DNA of 62,848 nucleotides, filler included, from Octopus bimaculoides (lineage: Eukaryota), in the NCBI RefSeq assembly GCF_001194135.2. It is 6 parts of 5 records of this genome, joined end to end, with 100 filler letters (N's around TTAATTAATTAA, not from the genome) between each part and the next. Parts side by side here need not be neighbours in the genome. Positions count along the whole stretch, not along the records: positions 1 to 23,906 come from NC_068990.1; 5 more parts are not named here. The stretch is one strand, 5' to 3'. A program made the position numbers and the translations under genes. Below the pieces are notes generated by a model. That model was given only the letters and a program-made list of their open reading frames with translations, was not told the DNA's origin and made no database searches. Positions 1 through 13,039 of this stretch are shown here, one piece after another; within the stretch, counting starts at the first letter, position 1; the number at the start of each line of letters is the position of its first letter.

Positions 1-30
1 AATGGATTTTGAAAATGTTTCTCTGCACAG

Positions 31-61
31 GAAATTATATCCACCGCCATTTTTATTCCTA
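31..61 (+). CDS. Candidate 31-nt coding exon of a TRP-family (TRPM-like) channel, (x)KLYPPPFLFL
   Basis: Acceptor tttctctgcacag ends at 30 and donor gtaagt lies at 62-67. The phase-2-start frame is open and ends in phase 0, matching the exon at 44562. PPPF resembles the second TRP-domain motif. Confidence 0.55.
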
Positions 62-396
62 GTAAGTGCAAGCTATAACAAGAGATCAATAAGCATTCAC
101 TGGTGATCGTGTTCAAAATCAGGAAGCTTTTGCCATTTCTCCTAGCCTCCCCAGGCTTGCCAAACTTCTTCCCTTTCACAAAAACTAAAGCTCTTATATT
201 TTACCTCACATCTCCTGTCCCTGCGATCCCTTCCTTCCATCTAACTTCCCTGTTTTCCTGCCCCATCCTATCCCAGCCCAGCCCATCCCATCTTAATTCC
301 ACACCCTTTGTCATCCCTACACCCATCTCCTGCCTTGCATCATAAAGCCACTTCTACCCAATCTATTTAGCTGCAATCAAACATTCTTTATCATAT

Positions 397-680
397 CTAC
401 ATTACACACGCACACACACGAATGCACACACACACACACAGAAGCGTATATTTAAATGGAGATGGTGTAAACGTATTATATAATAAGTACATATAATATA
501 TACATATATATACAAATAAGATTTTATTTATAATAAATGCACATATATAATATACCAATACATGTATTATATAGATATAATATACACATGAATAGATATA
601 CACATATGTACAAATGTATCCATACATTTAGATTTATCTATCAATCTATCTATCTACATACACATGCTTATATATGTATG

Positions 681-726
<46 letters not shown>

Positions 727-1709
727 AACATATATAAACAACTCTACCTCCCAATATACACACATATACACAACTCTCTCTCACTATATACACACACATA
801 GACACACAAACACTCTCACTATATGCACATACACACAAACACTCTCTCACTATATACACATACAACTCTTTCTCCCTATATATATGCATACGCACACACA
901 CACACACACTTTCTCATTCACTATCTGCATGCATGCATGTATGTATGTATGCACACACACACACACACGAAGACATCTATTATATATAGAGAGGCAGCTG
1001 TACAGGTATGTATATCAAAATAATAAAACAAATCACCTGCATACAAATATGTATACACACACACACACACAAATACACACACACTCTTATAATGTAGAAT
1101 AAATATTAGGTTTGCATTTTTTTTCTTCAATGAAATTACAAACACATCATTGTTATTCACTTCCAGCAAATTATTACAGAAATTGAAAATACCTCCTGCT
1201 GCCACCATCCCATGTTCCTGTCCATATTTACCCTTTCATATATATATATATGCAATATACACACTGGCATGATGAATGACAGTCCAACACACATACACAT
1301 GTATATTTATACATACACATATATATATTTATACAAATATACACACACAAACATATGCATACATATATATATATATTTATACAAATATACACACACAAAC
1401 ATATGCATACATATATATATATATCTATAGATATACAAACGTATACATACCATATGTATCTATACATACACACACACATACCTGTACATATATATGCACA
1501 TACATACACACATATATATACATGCAAATATATACACATATACAAGCACACACATACACACACATGCATACACATATATCTATACATATATACACACATG
1601 TATACATATATATATATGTATACATGTATATATATATATACATGTATGTATATATATATACATGTATATATATATATATACATGTATATATATATATATA
1701 CATCTATAC

Positions 1710-1764
<55 letters not shown>

Positions 1765-1829
1765 AACACACACATACATATATATCTATACATATACACA
1801 CACGTGTATATATATATATATATATATAT
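397..1829. repeat. Compound (CA)n/(TA)n/(TACA)n microsatellite field running into a gap
   Basis: Direct reading; source of the YI/HT/CV pseudo-ORFs. Similar fields occur at about 2340-2790, 6190-6700, 9810-10309, 10940-11230 and 21832-21990. Confidence 0.95.
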
Positions 1830-2627
1830 NNNNNNNNNNNNNNNNNNNNNNNNNNNNNNNNNNNNNNNNNNNNNNNNNNNNNNNNNNNNNNNNNNNNNNN
1901 NNNNNNNNNNNNNNNNNNNNNNNNNNNNNNNNNNNNNNNNNNNNNNNNNNNNNNNNNNNNNNNNNNNNNNNNNNNNNNNNNNNNNNNNNNNNNNNNNNNN
2001 NNNNNNNNNNNNNNNNNNNNNNNNNNNNNNNNNNNNNNNNNNNNNNNNNNNNNNNNNNNNNNNNNNNNNNNNNNNNNNNNNNNNNNNNNNNNNNNNNNNN
2101 NNNNNNNNNNNNNNNNNNNNNNNNNNNNNNNNNNNNNNNNNNNNNNNNNNNNNNNNNNNNNNNNNNNNNNNNNNNNNNNNNNNNNNNNNNNNNNNNNNNN
2201 NNNNNNNNNNNNNNNNNNNNNNNNNNNNNNNNNNNNNNNNNNNNNNNNNNNNNNNNNNNNNNAAACCACCCTTAGTATTAATATACTAATTAGATTTTTG
2301 ACATAGACCACAAAGAACAAACCATATATTATATGCGAAATCTCACACAGAAATTATACATACACACATATATACACACACACACACACACACATACATT
2401 AGGCACAATAAAAATTTCTAACTCATAAAAATATTGATACATAAACACGTGTATATATACAAATATAAATACATACACACACGTGAGTACGTCTATTATA
2501 TATCATGTATGTATTGTATGCTTACATGTGTGCATATACAACCACACACACACACACATATATACATGCCTATCTCATATATTATATGTAAGACAATGCA
2601 AAAGAATGTATATATATGGGTGTGTAA

Positions 2628-2675
<48 letters not shown>

Positions 2676-3018
2676 AGAGAGAGAGTGTGAAAATGACAGA
2701 TATCAAATAGAAAACATTTTGAACTCATACGTCTGTCTAAATATACATGTATAAACATTAATATCATATCTATACAAACATATATATATATACACGCATT
2801 TATGCATATTTAACGGACGTGGATGCATGACGGCAAGACTTGAGAACGGTGGTGGCGGCAGAGGGAGAGGGTAGCGAATGAGTCAGCAACGTGAGAGAGG
2901 AGGAAAGAGAGTGACTGTGTTGATTAAGAAATGATGATGAAGGGGGGAAAAGAGAGAATGGCTTGGCCGGGGAGAAGATGGAGGCAATGGGTGCAGGAAG
3001 GGAGAGCAGGACCAATAT

Positions 3019-3089
<71 letters not shown>

Positions 3090-3635
3090 ATTACCTATCT
3101 ATCTATCTATCTANNNNNNNNNNNNNNNNNNNNNNNNNNNNNNNNNNNNNNNNNNNNNNNNNNNNNNNNNNNNNNNNNNNNNNNNNNNNNNNNNNNNNNN
3201 NNNNNNNNNNNNNNNNNNNNNNNNNNNNNNNNNNNNNNNNNNNNNNNNNNNNNNNNNNNNNNNNNNNNNNNNNNNNNNNNNNNNNNNNNNNNNNNNNNNN
3301 NNNNNNNNNNNNNNNNNNNNNNNNNNNNNNNNNNNNNNNNNNNNNNNNNNNNNNNNNNNNNNNNNNNNNNNNNNNNNNNNNNNNNNNNNNNNNNNNNNNN
3401 NNNNNNNNNNNNNNNNNNNNNNNNNNNNNNNNNNNNNNNNNNNNNNNNNNNNNNNNNNNNNNNNNNNNNNNNNNNNNNNNNNNNNNNNNNNNNNNNNNNN
3501 NNNNNNNNNNNNNNNNNNNNNNNNNNNNNNNNNNNNNNNNNNNNNNNNNNNNNNNNNNNNNNNNNNNNNNNNNNNNNNNNNNNNNNNNNNNNNNNNNNNN
3601 NNNNNNNNNNNNNNNNNNNNNNNNNNNNNNNNNNN

Positions 3636-3975
3636 AACGTTAGCACGCCGGGCGAAATGCTTAGCGGTATTTCGTCTGCCGTTACGTTCTGAGTTCAAAT
3701 TCTGCCGAGGTCAACTTTGCCTTTCATCCTTTCGGGGTCGATAAATTAAGTACCAGTTACGCACTGGGGTCGATGTAATCGACTTAATCCGTTTGTCTGT
3801 CCTTGTTTGTCCCCTCTATGTTTAGCCTCTTGTGGGCAATACAGAAATAGGTATTTCATCTGTCTTATACGTTCTGAGTTCAAATTCCGCCAAGGCCGAC
3901 TTTGCCTTTCATCCTTTCGGGGTTGATAAATTAAGTACCAGTTGTGTAGTGGGATCAATCTAATCACCTGGCCCC
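3636..3975 (+). mobile_element. tRNA-derived SINE family A, two partial units in tandem
   Basis: gttagcacgccgggcgaaatgcttagcggtatttcgtctgcc...gagttcaaattc (B-box) ...ctttcatcctttcggggtcgataaattaagtaccagt, nearly identical to the copy at 13483. Confidence 0.9.
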
Positions 3976-4099
3976 ACGCCCCTTACTTAGCGGTCATTCT
4001 AATAGCTCTTTTGTCTTAATAACGATCAATAACACAGTAATTTCTCTTTGTTTAACGGTCATTTTCATACGAATTTTCAATGGCCAGATAACTGAAGAG

Positions 4100-4370
4100 A
4101 TGGCAGTGTGGGTTTCCGCCCCAGCATCCAAAACTCGGAGTTGCATACCCTTAACACAGACATGCATACCCTTAACACAATTCTCAGGGAGATACAGCAT
4201 GACACAGAATATGACAAGGCTGGCCCTTCTGAATAACTGGTACAGCTCATTTTTGTCAGCTGAGTGGACTGGAGCAACATGAAACAAAAAGGGGTCTTGC
4301 TCAAATCGAACTAACAATCTTTCCATCAATAGCCAAATACCCAAACCGCTAAGCCACATAGCTTCACATA
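4100..4370 (-). mobile_element. Degenerate tRNA-derived SINE with CORE-like domain and family-E-type body
   Basis: The reverse strand has cttgagcaagacccc...catgttgctccagtccactcagctg plus gggccagccttgtcatattctgtgtcatgctg, shared with the copies at 12062 and 34151. Confidence 0.6.
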
Positions 4371-5130
4371 ATATGTATATGTTAAGTGTACATGTACACA
4401 CATAATCCATATAGAGAGAGGTATGCACATGCATAAACACACGCAATCATCACCAACATCATCACTACCACCAGTGTCAGCACCACCACCACTATCATAA
4501 TCATCATCACCAGTAGCATAATTACTTAACATCAGCATCTGAAGCTGGTATGGGTTGGATGGGTTGACAGGGTATCTACTTTGACATGGTTTCTATGGGC
4601 TTGAGGCCTTTCTCAAAGCCAGCAATTTTGAAGATTGTTCTAGGTGTACTTTTGAGATGCTATTGTGCTATTAAAGATTGCCATGTCAGTTCTAAGGCTA
4701 AGGACACCAAGTGGTCCTTAAAACTGGGAGAGAATAGAAATGGGAGATTCTGAGTAGGGAGAGGAGAGAGGGTAATATGAGTGGAACATATATATGTATG
4801 TAAGCAATGTCTGCCAAAAACCTGCAAGACACGAGGGGGACTGAAGTGGCACTTGAACATTCCATAACAAGCAAGTGGGAAATGGAGCCAATGTGGAAAC
4901 GATACATTGCTGCATAGTTGCGACCAGTTCTTCAAATGCATTTCAGGGCCCAAAAGTCATTTAAAGTTGCACACTAGGAAAGAGCAATTATACATTATAG
5001 GTATAAGACGAGACAAGGCCAAGCTCTACAAGAAGCAGATAGCCACCATGCATGCATAGTTATAGCATCTTCTTTCATAATTTTACTACTGTAAATTTCT
5101 AACAATGGAAAAATCAAATGTACAAGCAAT

Positions 5131-5370
5131 ATCATCATCATCATCATCGTTTAACGTACGCTTTCCATGCTTGGACGATTTGACTGAGGACTGGTGAAAC
5201 CGGATGGCAACACCAGGCTCCAATCTGATTTGGCAGAGTTTCTACAGCTGGATGCCCTCCCCAACGCCAGGATGCCCTTCCTAACGCCAGGATGCCCTTC
5301 CTAACGCCAGGATGCCCTTCCTAACACCAGAATGCCCTTCCTAATGCCATACCCTTCCTAACGCCAAAAC
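5131..5370 (-). mobile_element. SINE family C 3' part with a (GAT)n tail and about 6 tandem copies of a 20-bp unit
   Basis: catcatcgtttaacg...ctacagctg followed by (ggatgcccttcctaacgcca)n at 5250-5366. Confidence 0.85.
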
Positions 5371-5381
5371 ATATGACCCCA

Positions 5382-5448
<67 letters not shown>

Positions 5449-5469
5449 GGCAACTAAAGTGAGATCACA

Positions 5470-5996
5470 GCCATGGCTAATGCCAGTGTTGCATGTCCGG
5501 CCCATTTAAAAGTACCCTTGATGCATTGGGCAATATGATACACTTGAGAAGTCCTGTTGGGTCAAGTAAAACCAAAATCGTAGCTGTGGCCAGTGCCCCC
5601 TCACTGGCTCCCATTCCGGTGGCACTTAAAAATGCATCATCCAAACTTGGTCAATGCCAGTGTCCGCTGACTGGCTTCTGTGCTGGTGGCACATAAAAAG
5701 CACCATCCGATCGTGGCTAATGCCAGTACTCCCAGACTGGCCCCCATGCCGGTGGTACATAAAAAGCACTATCGGAATGTGATCGATGCCAGGCCTGCCT
5801 GACTGGCTCCTGTGCCGGTGGCACATAAAAAGCACCCACTACAATCTTGGAGTGTTTGGCATTAGGAAGGGCATCCAGCTGTAGAAACCATGCCAGATCA
5901 GACTGGATTCTGGTGCAGCCGCTGGCTCTCCAGGCCTCAGTCATACAGTCCAACCCATGCCAGCATGGAGAACAAACATCAAAAAATGGTGATGTG

Positions 5997-5997
<1 letters not shown>
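5470..5997 (+). mobile_element. SINE family C with about 4 internal ~60-bp tandem modules
   Basis: Repeated gccagt...ctggctcctgtgccggtggcacataaaaagcac, then ggcattaggaagggcatccagctgtagaaac...ccaacccatgccagcatgg. Confidence 0.8.
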
Positions 5998-6039
<42 letters not shown>

Positions 6040-6042
<3 letters not shown>

Positions 6043-6190
6043 CATGACTGTGTTGTAAGAAGTTTGTTTCTGAAGCACATGATATTGGGTTCAGTCCTAG
6101 AGCATGGCACCTCAGTGAAATCTACTATAACTTTGTGCTAACAAAAACCTTGTGAGCATATTTCGTAGATGGAAACTGAAGGAAGCCTGT
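6040..6190 (+). mobile_element. Degenerate SINE family B 5' half
   Basis: gggttcagtcc...ccttgtgag...gtagatggaaactgaaggaagcctgtc matches the copy at 45875. Confidence 0.65.
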
Positions 6191-6341
6191 CTAACATATA
6201 CATACATATATATACTTACATACATATATATATATATATATATACACATACTTATGCAATATACACATATATACAATATACATATATGTTTAGCATGGAA
6301 GATGGACATTAAACGATGATGATGATGATAATGTATGTATG

Positions 6342-6396
<55 letters not shown>

Positions 6397-6401
6397 GTAT
6401 G

Positions 6402-6475
<74 letters not shown>

Positions 6476-6603
6476 TATATATATGTATATATATACACAT
6501 ATATATATATCATATACACATACATAGATATAGATATTTACATACCAAATATAAACATGGGTATGTATGTATATCACACATACACATACAGATATTTACA
6601 CAG

Positions 6604-6651
<48 letters not shown>

Positions 6652-7299
6652 CATACATATAAACACAGACGCATGCAAGAACATATATAAAACACAAGAT
6701 GGATGCTCTTATGTATGAACAAAAGTAATCATCCACGCTATTGACTCCAAACAGAGCAGAGATGCTCTCAACCTCTCGATTCCATAAATATTCTATACAT
6801 GTCCCACCAACAAAATTAGTCCTTTCACCAGAGGCAGCAACAGTCTTCAGTCCCCAATCTCATAGCATTTTTGTTCATTGTTAGCAGTTCTTTGTGAAGT
6901 ACCTTTACCAGGTTTGAAGCAAACACTCAAAAAATAACAGACAGAGTTAGAAACTGATTCAAGAGAACCCTAGTAAACAAACAAACACAAGGGTCTCTAC
7001 TTAACATAATAATAATAATAATAATAATAATGAACCTTCTGTCATTTTGAAATCCAGCTATTCTTATTCTAGTGTTTTCTAGAATTCTGCTTAAAAGTAA
7101 TTGAGTAATGAAGTACGGAATACTATTATGAGCCCTATTGTTACTTGTCCGGTTCGTTACTCTTAACGAGCATCAATGAAATTAAACTGAGAATGCAATA
7201 TAATAAAGAGACAAAACAGGGAAAGATCATGTGTGTGTGTGTGTTTCTATGTATGTGAACATGTATGTGTATATGTATGTATGTATATGTATGTGTATG

Positions 7300-7337
<38 letters not shown>

Positions 7338-7611
7338 TACATATTTACACATACACTTATAGGAATGTATCTGTATGTGTGTGTGTGTGCATATATGAGT
7401 GTATTCATGTGTGTGTGTGTATATATATATATAGTAAATGTTGGTTTTTATGTCAAGTTATTATCAAAACAGTTTAACTTTAAACTGAAGAAACACTCAA
7501 TACTTTTCAACAGAGTATTTATCTATTTAACTTTTACTAGAAGAGGGATGACAGGGACTTCAAAGTTTCAGCCTGCTAGCCTTTGTCTAACTGCGTGTGT
7601 ATACATGTATA

Positions 7612-8349
7612 TTGGGTTGGCAAGAAAGTAATTTCGTTTTTCACAAATAGATAGAATTACAATTTTTTTTTAATGACTTTTGTCAATGTTATGATTTTTT
7701 TTCCTTTTGACATTTGATAGCCGTTACTTTTAGCTTACTTTGGAAGCAAATCGTGCATAATTTTGTTTACAGCTGTTATTTCAATGTCATTTTTAATGTG
7801 GATTGCAAAAGAACATTTTCCCCATATTTTGCTTTTTTATTTCCGTAAAGACAAGAAAGCTGCTGAGGCTCACAGAGATATATGAAGTTTATGGTGTTGA
7901 TTGCCTAACAAAGCACACAGGTCAGAAATGGTTTTAAAAATTCTGTTCTGGAGATTTTTCACTCAAAGATGACCAACGTTCTGGTCAACCTACAGAAGTT
8001 GATGATGATGATGATCTACTGATGTTGACAATGGGATCTGATTGTTACATAACTGTGCGAGAGATTGCAGAGAGGTTAAATGTGTCACACTCAATTGAAA
8101 ATCACTTAAAATGTCTTGGACTCGTTAAGAAGCTCGACATTTGGGTTCCACATAAATTAAAAGAGATTCACTTAACACAATGAAACAATATTTGCGATAT
8201 GCGTCTCAAACGCAATGAAATTGACCTTTAATTGAAATGAAATCATCACTGGTGATGTAAAATGGATTGTCTATAATAACATCGATCGAAAAGGATCATG
8301 GTTCAAGCATGATAAACCAGCATAAACCACATCGAAAGCTGAATTGCAT
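7612..8349 (+). mobile_element. Mariner transposon fossil (mellifera-subfamily-like), 3'-truncated and frameshifted
   Basis: TA followed by TIR ttgggttggcaagaaagtaat. Conceptual translation gives EHFPHILLFYFRK..GDFSLKDDQRSGQP..KLDIWVPHKLKEIHLTQ..IITGDVKWIVYNN (WVPHEL and TGDEKW motifs). Confidence 0.9.
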
Positions 8350-8562
8350 CTGTGAGCCAAACTGAAGAGATCTGTTATGACAAGTAAATGCTTTTTATAT
8401 ATAATTTGTTTGAACTATCAATTAAAGCTTAAAACATGTAAAAACTTTTGACTGAACTTGATAAGACACAATTGATTACTGGCATCAATGTAACTGACAT
8501 GCCCCTCCCTCAAAATTTCAGGCCTTGTGCTTATAAGCACATAGAATATTATTATTATTATT

Positions 8563-8770
8563 AAGGTGAGAGCTGGCAGAATCGTTAGCACACAGACTAA
8601 AATGCTTTGTGGCATTTCAACTGTCTTCATATACTGAGTTCAAATTCTGTTGAGGTCGACTTTGCCTTTCATCCTTTCAGGGTCAACAAAGTACCAGTAA
8701 AGTACTGGGGCCAATGTAATCAACTAGTACCCTCTCCCAAATTTCAGGCCTTGAGCTGATAGTAGAAGAG
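8563..8770 (+). mobile_element. SINE family A, diverged copy
   Basis: aaggtgagagctggcagaatcgttagc...gagttcaaattc...gactttgcctttcatcc...aaatttcaggccttg. Confidence 0.85.
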
Positions 8771-8884
8771 ATTATTGTTGTTGTTGTTGTTATTATTATT
8801 ATCATCAAGATCAGCATCAATTATTATCATTCTTATTGCTCTTATCATAAAACTATACAGAGAATTAATCTTATATATATATTC

Positions 8885-9266
8885 TTTTACTCTTTTATTT
8901 GTTTCAGTCATTTGTCTGCAGTCATGCTGGAGCACTGCTTTTAGTCGAACAAATTGACCCAAGGACTTATTCTTTGTAAGCCTAGTACTTATTCTCTTTT
9001 GCTAAACGATTAAGTTACAGGGACTTAAACACACCAGCACCAGTTGTCAAGCGATGGTGGAGGAACAAACACAGACGCACAAACACATACATACATATAT
9101 ATGTGTGTATACGACAGGCTTCTTTCAGTTTCTGTCTACCAAATCCACTCACAAGGCTTTGGTTGGCTTGGGGCTATAGTAGAAGACACTTGCCCAAGGT
9201 GCTACACAGTGGGACTGAACCCGGAACCATGTGGTTGTTAAGTAAGCTACTTAGCCCACAGCCACT
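8885..9266 (-). mobile_element. SINE family B, full-length copy
   Basis: Reverse complement of the 45875-46272 copy: tRNA-like head, CORE-like ccttgggcaagtgtctt, internal (TA/TG) tract and conserved 3' half. Confidence 0.9.
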
Positions 9267-9849
9267 CATGCACCTTATTAATANNNNNNNNNNNNNNNNN
9301 NNNNNNNNNNNNNNNNNNNNNNNNNNNNNNNNNNNNNNNNNNNNNNNNNNNNNNNNNNNNNNNNNNNNNNNNNNNNNNNNNNNNNNNNNNNNNNNNNNNN
9401 NNNNNNNNNNNNNNNNNNNNNNNNNNNNNNNNNNNNNNNNNNNNNNNNNNNNNNNNNNNNNNNNNNNNNNNNNNNNNNNNNNNNNNNNNNNNNNNNNNNN
9501 NNNNNNNNNNNNNNNNNNNNNNNNNNNNNNNNNNNNNNNNNNNNNNNNNNNNNNNNNNNNNNNNNNNNNNNNNNNNNNNNNNNNNNNNNNNNNNNNNNNG
9601 TGAAGGCAGATGTGAGTGAGTAAGTGAGGAAAGGAAAAAGAGAAATTAGCCATTTAATAAAAAGGTTGAATTGGAGGGGAGGGGTAAGATAAGTGAGGGG
9701 GGGGGTTAAGAACAAACAAAATAAATAAAATGAATCCAAAACAAGTAGACAGATGTATGGAAATGTGCAACAAAAGTGAATGGAGTTGTTGAGTAGATGA
9801 TATTCTCTCTGTTTTGTGTGTATATAAATACATATATATAAATATAAAT

Positions 9850-9912
<63 letters not shown>

Positions 9913-11869
9913 TATACACACATACATATGCATCTGCACATGTACACACATATTCACACAAATATATATACATACATATGCATACATATATATCTATATC
10001 ATATATATATATATATATACATATGTATATACATATATACACACACACATATATACATATGTATATACATATATATACACATAAATATACATATATATAT
10101 ATATATACACATACACATAAATGCACAAATACATATATACGCACATATAGAAATACATATATATATAAACAAATACATATACATACATATATGTATGTAT
10201 GTGTATATACATATATATATATACACACACACACACAAATACATATATACAAACATATAAAAATACATACACATATAAACAAATACATATACATACATAC
10301 ATATATATANNNNNNNNNNNNNNNNNNNNNNNNNNNNNNNNNNNNNNNNNNNNNNNNNNNNNNNNNNNNNNNNNNNNNNNNNNNNNNNNNNNNNNNNNNN
10401 NNNNNNNNNNNNNNNNNNNNNNNNNNNNNNNNNNNNNNNNNNNNNNNNNNNNNNNNNNNNNNNNNNNNNNNNNNNNNNNNNNNNNNNNNNNNNNNNNNNN
10501 NNNNNNNNNNNNNNNNNNNNNNNNNNNNNNNNNNNNNNNNNNNNNNNNNNNNNNNNNNNNNNNNNNNNNNNNNNNNNNNNNNNNNNNNNNNNNNNNNNNN
10601 NNNNNNNNNNNNNNNNNNNNNNNNNNNNNNNNNNNNNNNNNNNNNNNNNNNNNNNNNNNNNNNNNNNNNNNNNNNNNNNNNNNNNNNNNNNNNNNNNNNN
10701 NNNNNNNNNNNNNNNNNNNNNNNNNNNNNNNNNNNNNNNNNNNNNNNNNNNNNNNNNNNNNNNNNNNNNNNNNNNNNNNNGGTGGAGTGGGGGGAAGGGG
10801 CAATATGGGGGTGGGGTAGATTAGTTGCGGAGGTTGGCTGCATGTTTAAAGGTTGAAAAACAAGGGTTGGAATATGGGAGAATTTGTCAGGCCCAGCTTT
10901 TATGGAAATGTTTGCGGGGCAGGGTGGTGGAGAAGGGGAACACACATGCACACATGCATGCATATATATACACACACTGACATAAATACAGGTGCACACA
11001 CACACACAGACACACACATACATACATACACGCATGCATGGACACACAGACACACACACACACATACATACAGAAAATATACATGTACACGCAGATAAAG
11101 ATACATGCACACACATACATACATGTGCATGCATGTACACATGTTCACACATACAGACAAATACATATACATACGCACATACATGAGCACACAAAAACAC
11201 GTACATGCACACACACACACACATGCACACCCTTCAAATTATATTGACTTTGACAAGGAAATACTTTGCGGAAAAATGTCAAATTAAAGAAAAGCCATTT
11301 TACTCCTCATAAACCAAAGAAAAAAAAAAAGAAAATGAAGAAAAAACAAAAAAAACCCTCCAACGATTGTTTGAAGGCTATTTTGCTTTCTCTTCAAATA
11401 ACAGCACAAAGTTTTCTTGTGCTAAGGCCAAGATATACACCAATACATGATTCAAAGTCTTATAAACAGTGAAAAGCAAAATTTTGGAGAAAAACAAAAA
11501 AATAAATAAATAAACAGAGGCTAAACTTAAAGCAAACAAACTGAATTATGTCTTTTCATTTTTATTCAGTCTGTCGAACATAACAGCTTAATTGGGCAAA
11601 AATTAACGTATTTTCTTCTCTTCTTTACTGCACATTACACATCACAAGCATATGCCATGTGCTGAAATATATAACTTCAACTTGATCGGTTTGGGCCAAA
11701 GATGGAATGATCATAGTAGATTACAGGCAGTTGCTGTGTTTTCAATATCATCATTTAATACTGTTCTATATTTTGGGGATGAGGAATTATGTACATCAAT
11801 TCTAAGTTCAATTCCAGGCAGGGACTTGAAAAATGATACCGACAGAAAAATAACATCAACAACATACCT

Positions 11870-12025
11870 TAGGAATGAGGACAGTGTACCCCATTAGTCA
11901 AATGAAGGGGTGGGTTCAAAATTCCACCAGAACACCTGATGAAGGCTGGAGCGTACATCAGCCGAAATGTTATGATAACAACAAACAAGATGAGGACACC
12001 TATCTGTCCATTGTAAATAATCATC
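11870..12025 (+). mobile_element. Penelope-like terminal-repeat fragment with a decayed minimal hammerhead-like motif
   Basis: CTGATGA at 11936, stem II ggctg/cagcc, GAAA at 11964. Stems I and III are broken in this copy. Confidence 0.55.
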
Positions 12026-12061
12026 ATTTAATGCCCATTAAATTGCAGGTATAATTCATTC

Positions 12062-12275
12062 TTGGAAGCAGGTAGCTTAGGGGTTAGGGTGTTCGGCTCA
12101 TTATTATATGTTCACGAGTTCAATTCCTGGCAGTGCATTATGTCCTTGACTAAGGCCCTTCATTTCACATTGCTCCATTCCATTCACCTCACAAGAATGA
12201 ATTATACCTGTAATTCCAAGGGGCCAGCCTTGTTACACTCTATATCATGGTGAATCTCTCTGAAAACTACGTTTC
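12062..12275 (+). mobile_element. Degenerate CORE-like SINE (family E related)
   Basis: gagttcaattcc B-box, gtccttgactaaggcccttcatttcacattgctcca, then cctgtaattccaaggggccagccttgttacac. Confidence 0.65.
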
Positions 12276-12512
12276 AATAAGGCAGTGAGCTGACAGAACA
12301 ACGAGGATGCTGGGCAAAATGCTCAGTGGAGTTTCATCCATCATTAGGGTCTGAGTTAGGGAGGGAATCACATCGAAGTGTGTGTGGGGATAGCGAGTAT
12401 TTGAGAAGGGGAGATAGCTTCGTGCCAGGTGCTAAACGGTTAAAGAATGATAGAAGGACAATATAATTCACCTCAAGTCAGTTTTTGTCAAAACCAAATT
12501 AAATTTGGTTTA

Positions 12513-12719
12513 CAGTAATCCCTTGCCATATCGCGGTTCACCTATCGTGCACTCAGTACATCACAGATGTTTCTGGTTAATATATGTAAATTTATATCAC
12601 AGACTCCTCAGTATATCCGGGTTTCTGTGGCCAATAGGTATTTAAATTTTTTTAGATTTCAATTATTTCTGTGGGAGATTTGGGAACGTAACACCCGTGA
12701 TAGTCAAGGGATTACTATG
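12513..12719. mobile_element. Tigger/pogo-type MITE
   Basis: TA-cagtaatcccttg...caagggattactatg-TA; imperfect TIRs with a TA duplication. Confidence 0.75.
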
Positions 12720-13039
12720 TAGCAAAATGTTTGATTACATCTGAATTAGAAATGCCGGTTAAGTGGAGATCATTGACCCTGAGGAGGGCCAAAGGAAATT
12801 AAAAATCAAGACATACCAGTTGCTAATCACATCCTCTACTTATATTAAGGTTTGAATTTGAAATGACCTTCCAAGCTAAATGAAGAACATTTATAATAGG
12901 GCAATGAGTAATCCTCTATAGAGTTACACCATCTGTGAGAAACAACAGCCAAGGGTCCTTTAATCCGTAAACATTTAAACCAATTGATTCTGGCCCAAAT
13001 ATTCCACATGTTTTATGCTAACACCTACCATCGCTCTCT

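Noticed and set aside
1-59. Minus-strand exon reading (GIKMAVDIISCAEKHF or NKNGGGYNFLC), paired with a minus exon at about 44610-44688 (GTGSVHGFCISFETYDIDVF)
   Set aside because: The frames are open and phase-compatible, but the plus-strand splice sites are closer to consensus at both loci and yield a recognisable motif. It is not excluded without RNA data.
397-3744. Long YI/HT/CV and X-filled ORFs here and throughout the track
   Set aside because: They are translations of dinucleotide repeats and N-gaps.
6720-6910. Minus-strand KELLT..DWGLKTV resembling the dynein YDWGLRALKTV motif
   Set aside because: It needs a frameshift and deletions and has no further similarity; probably chance.
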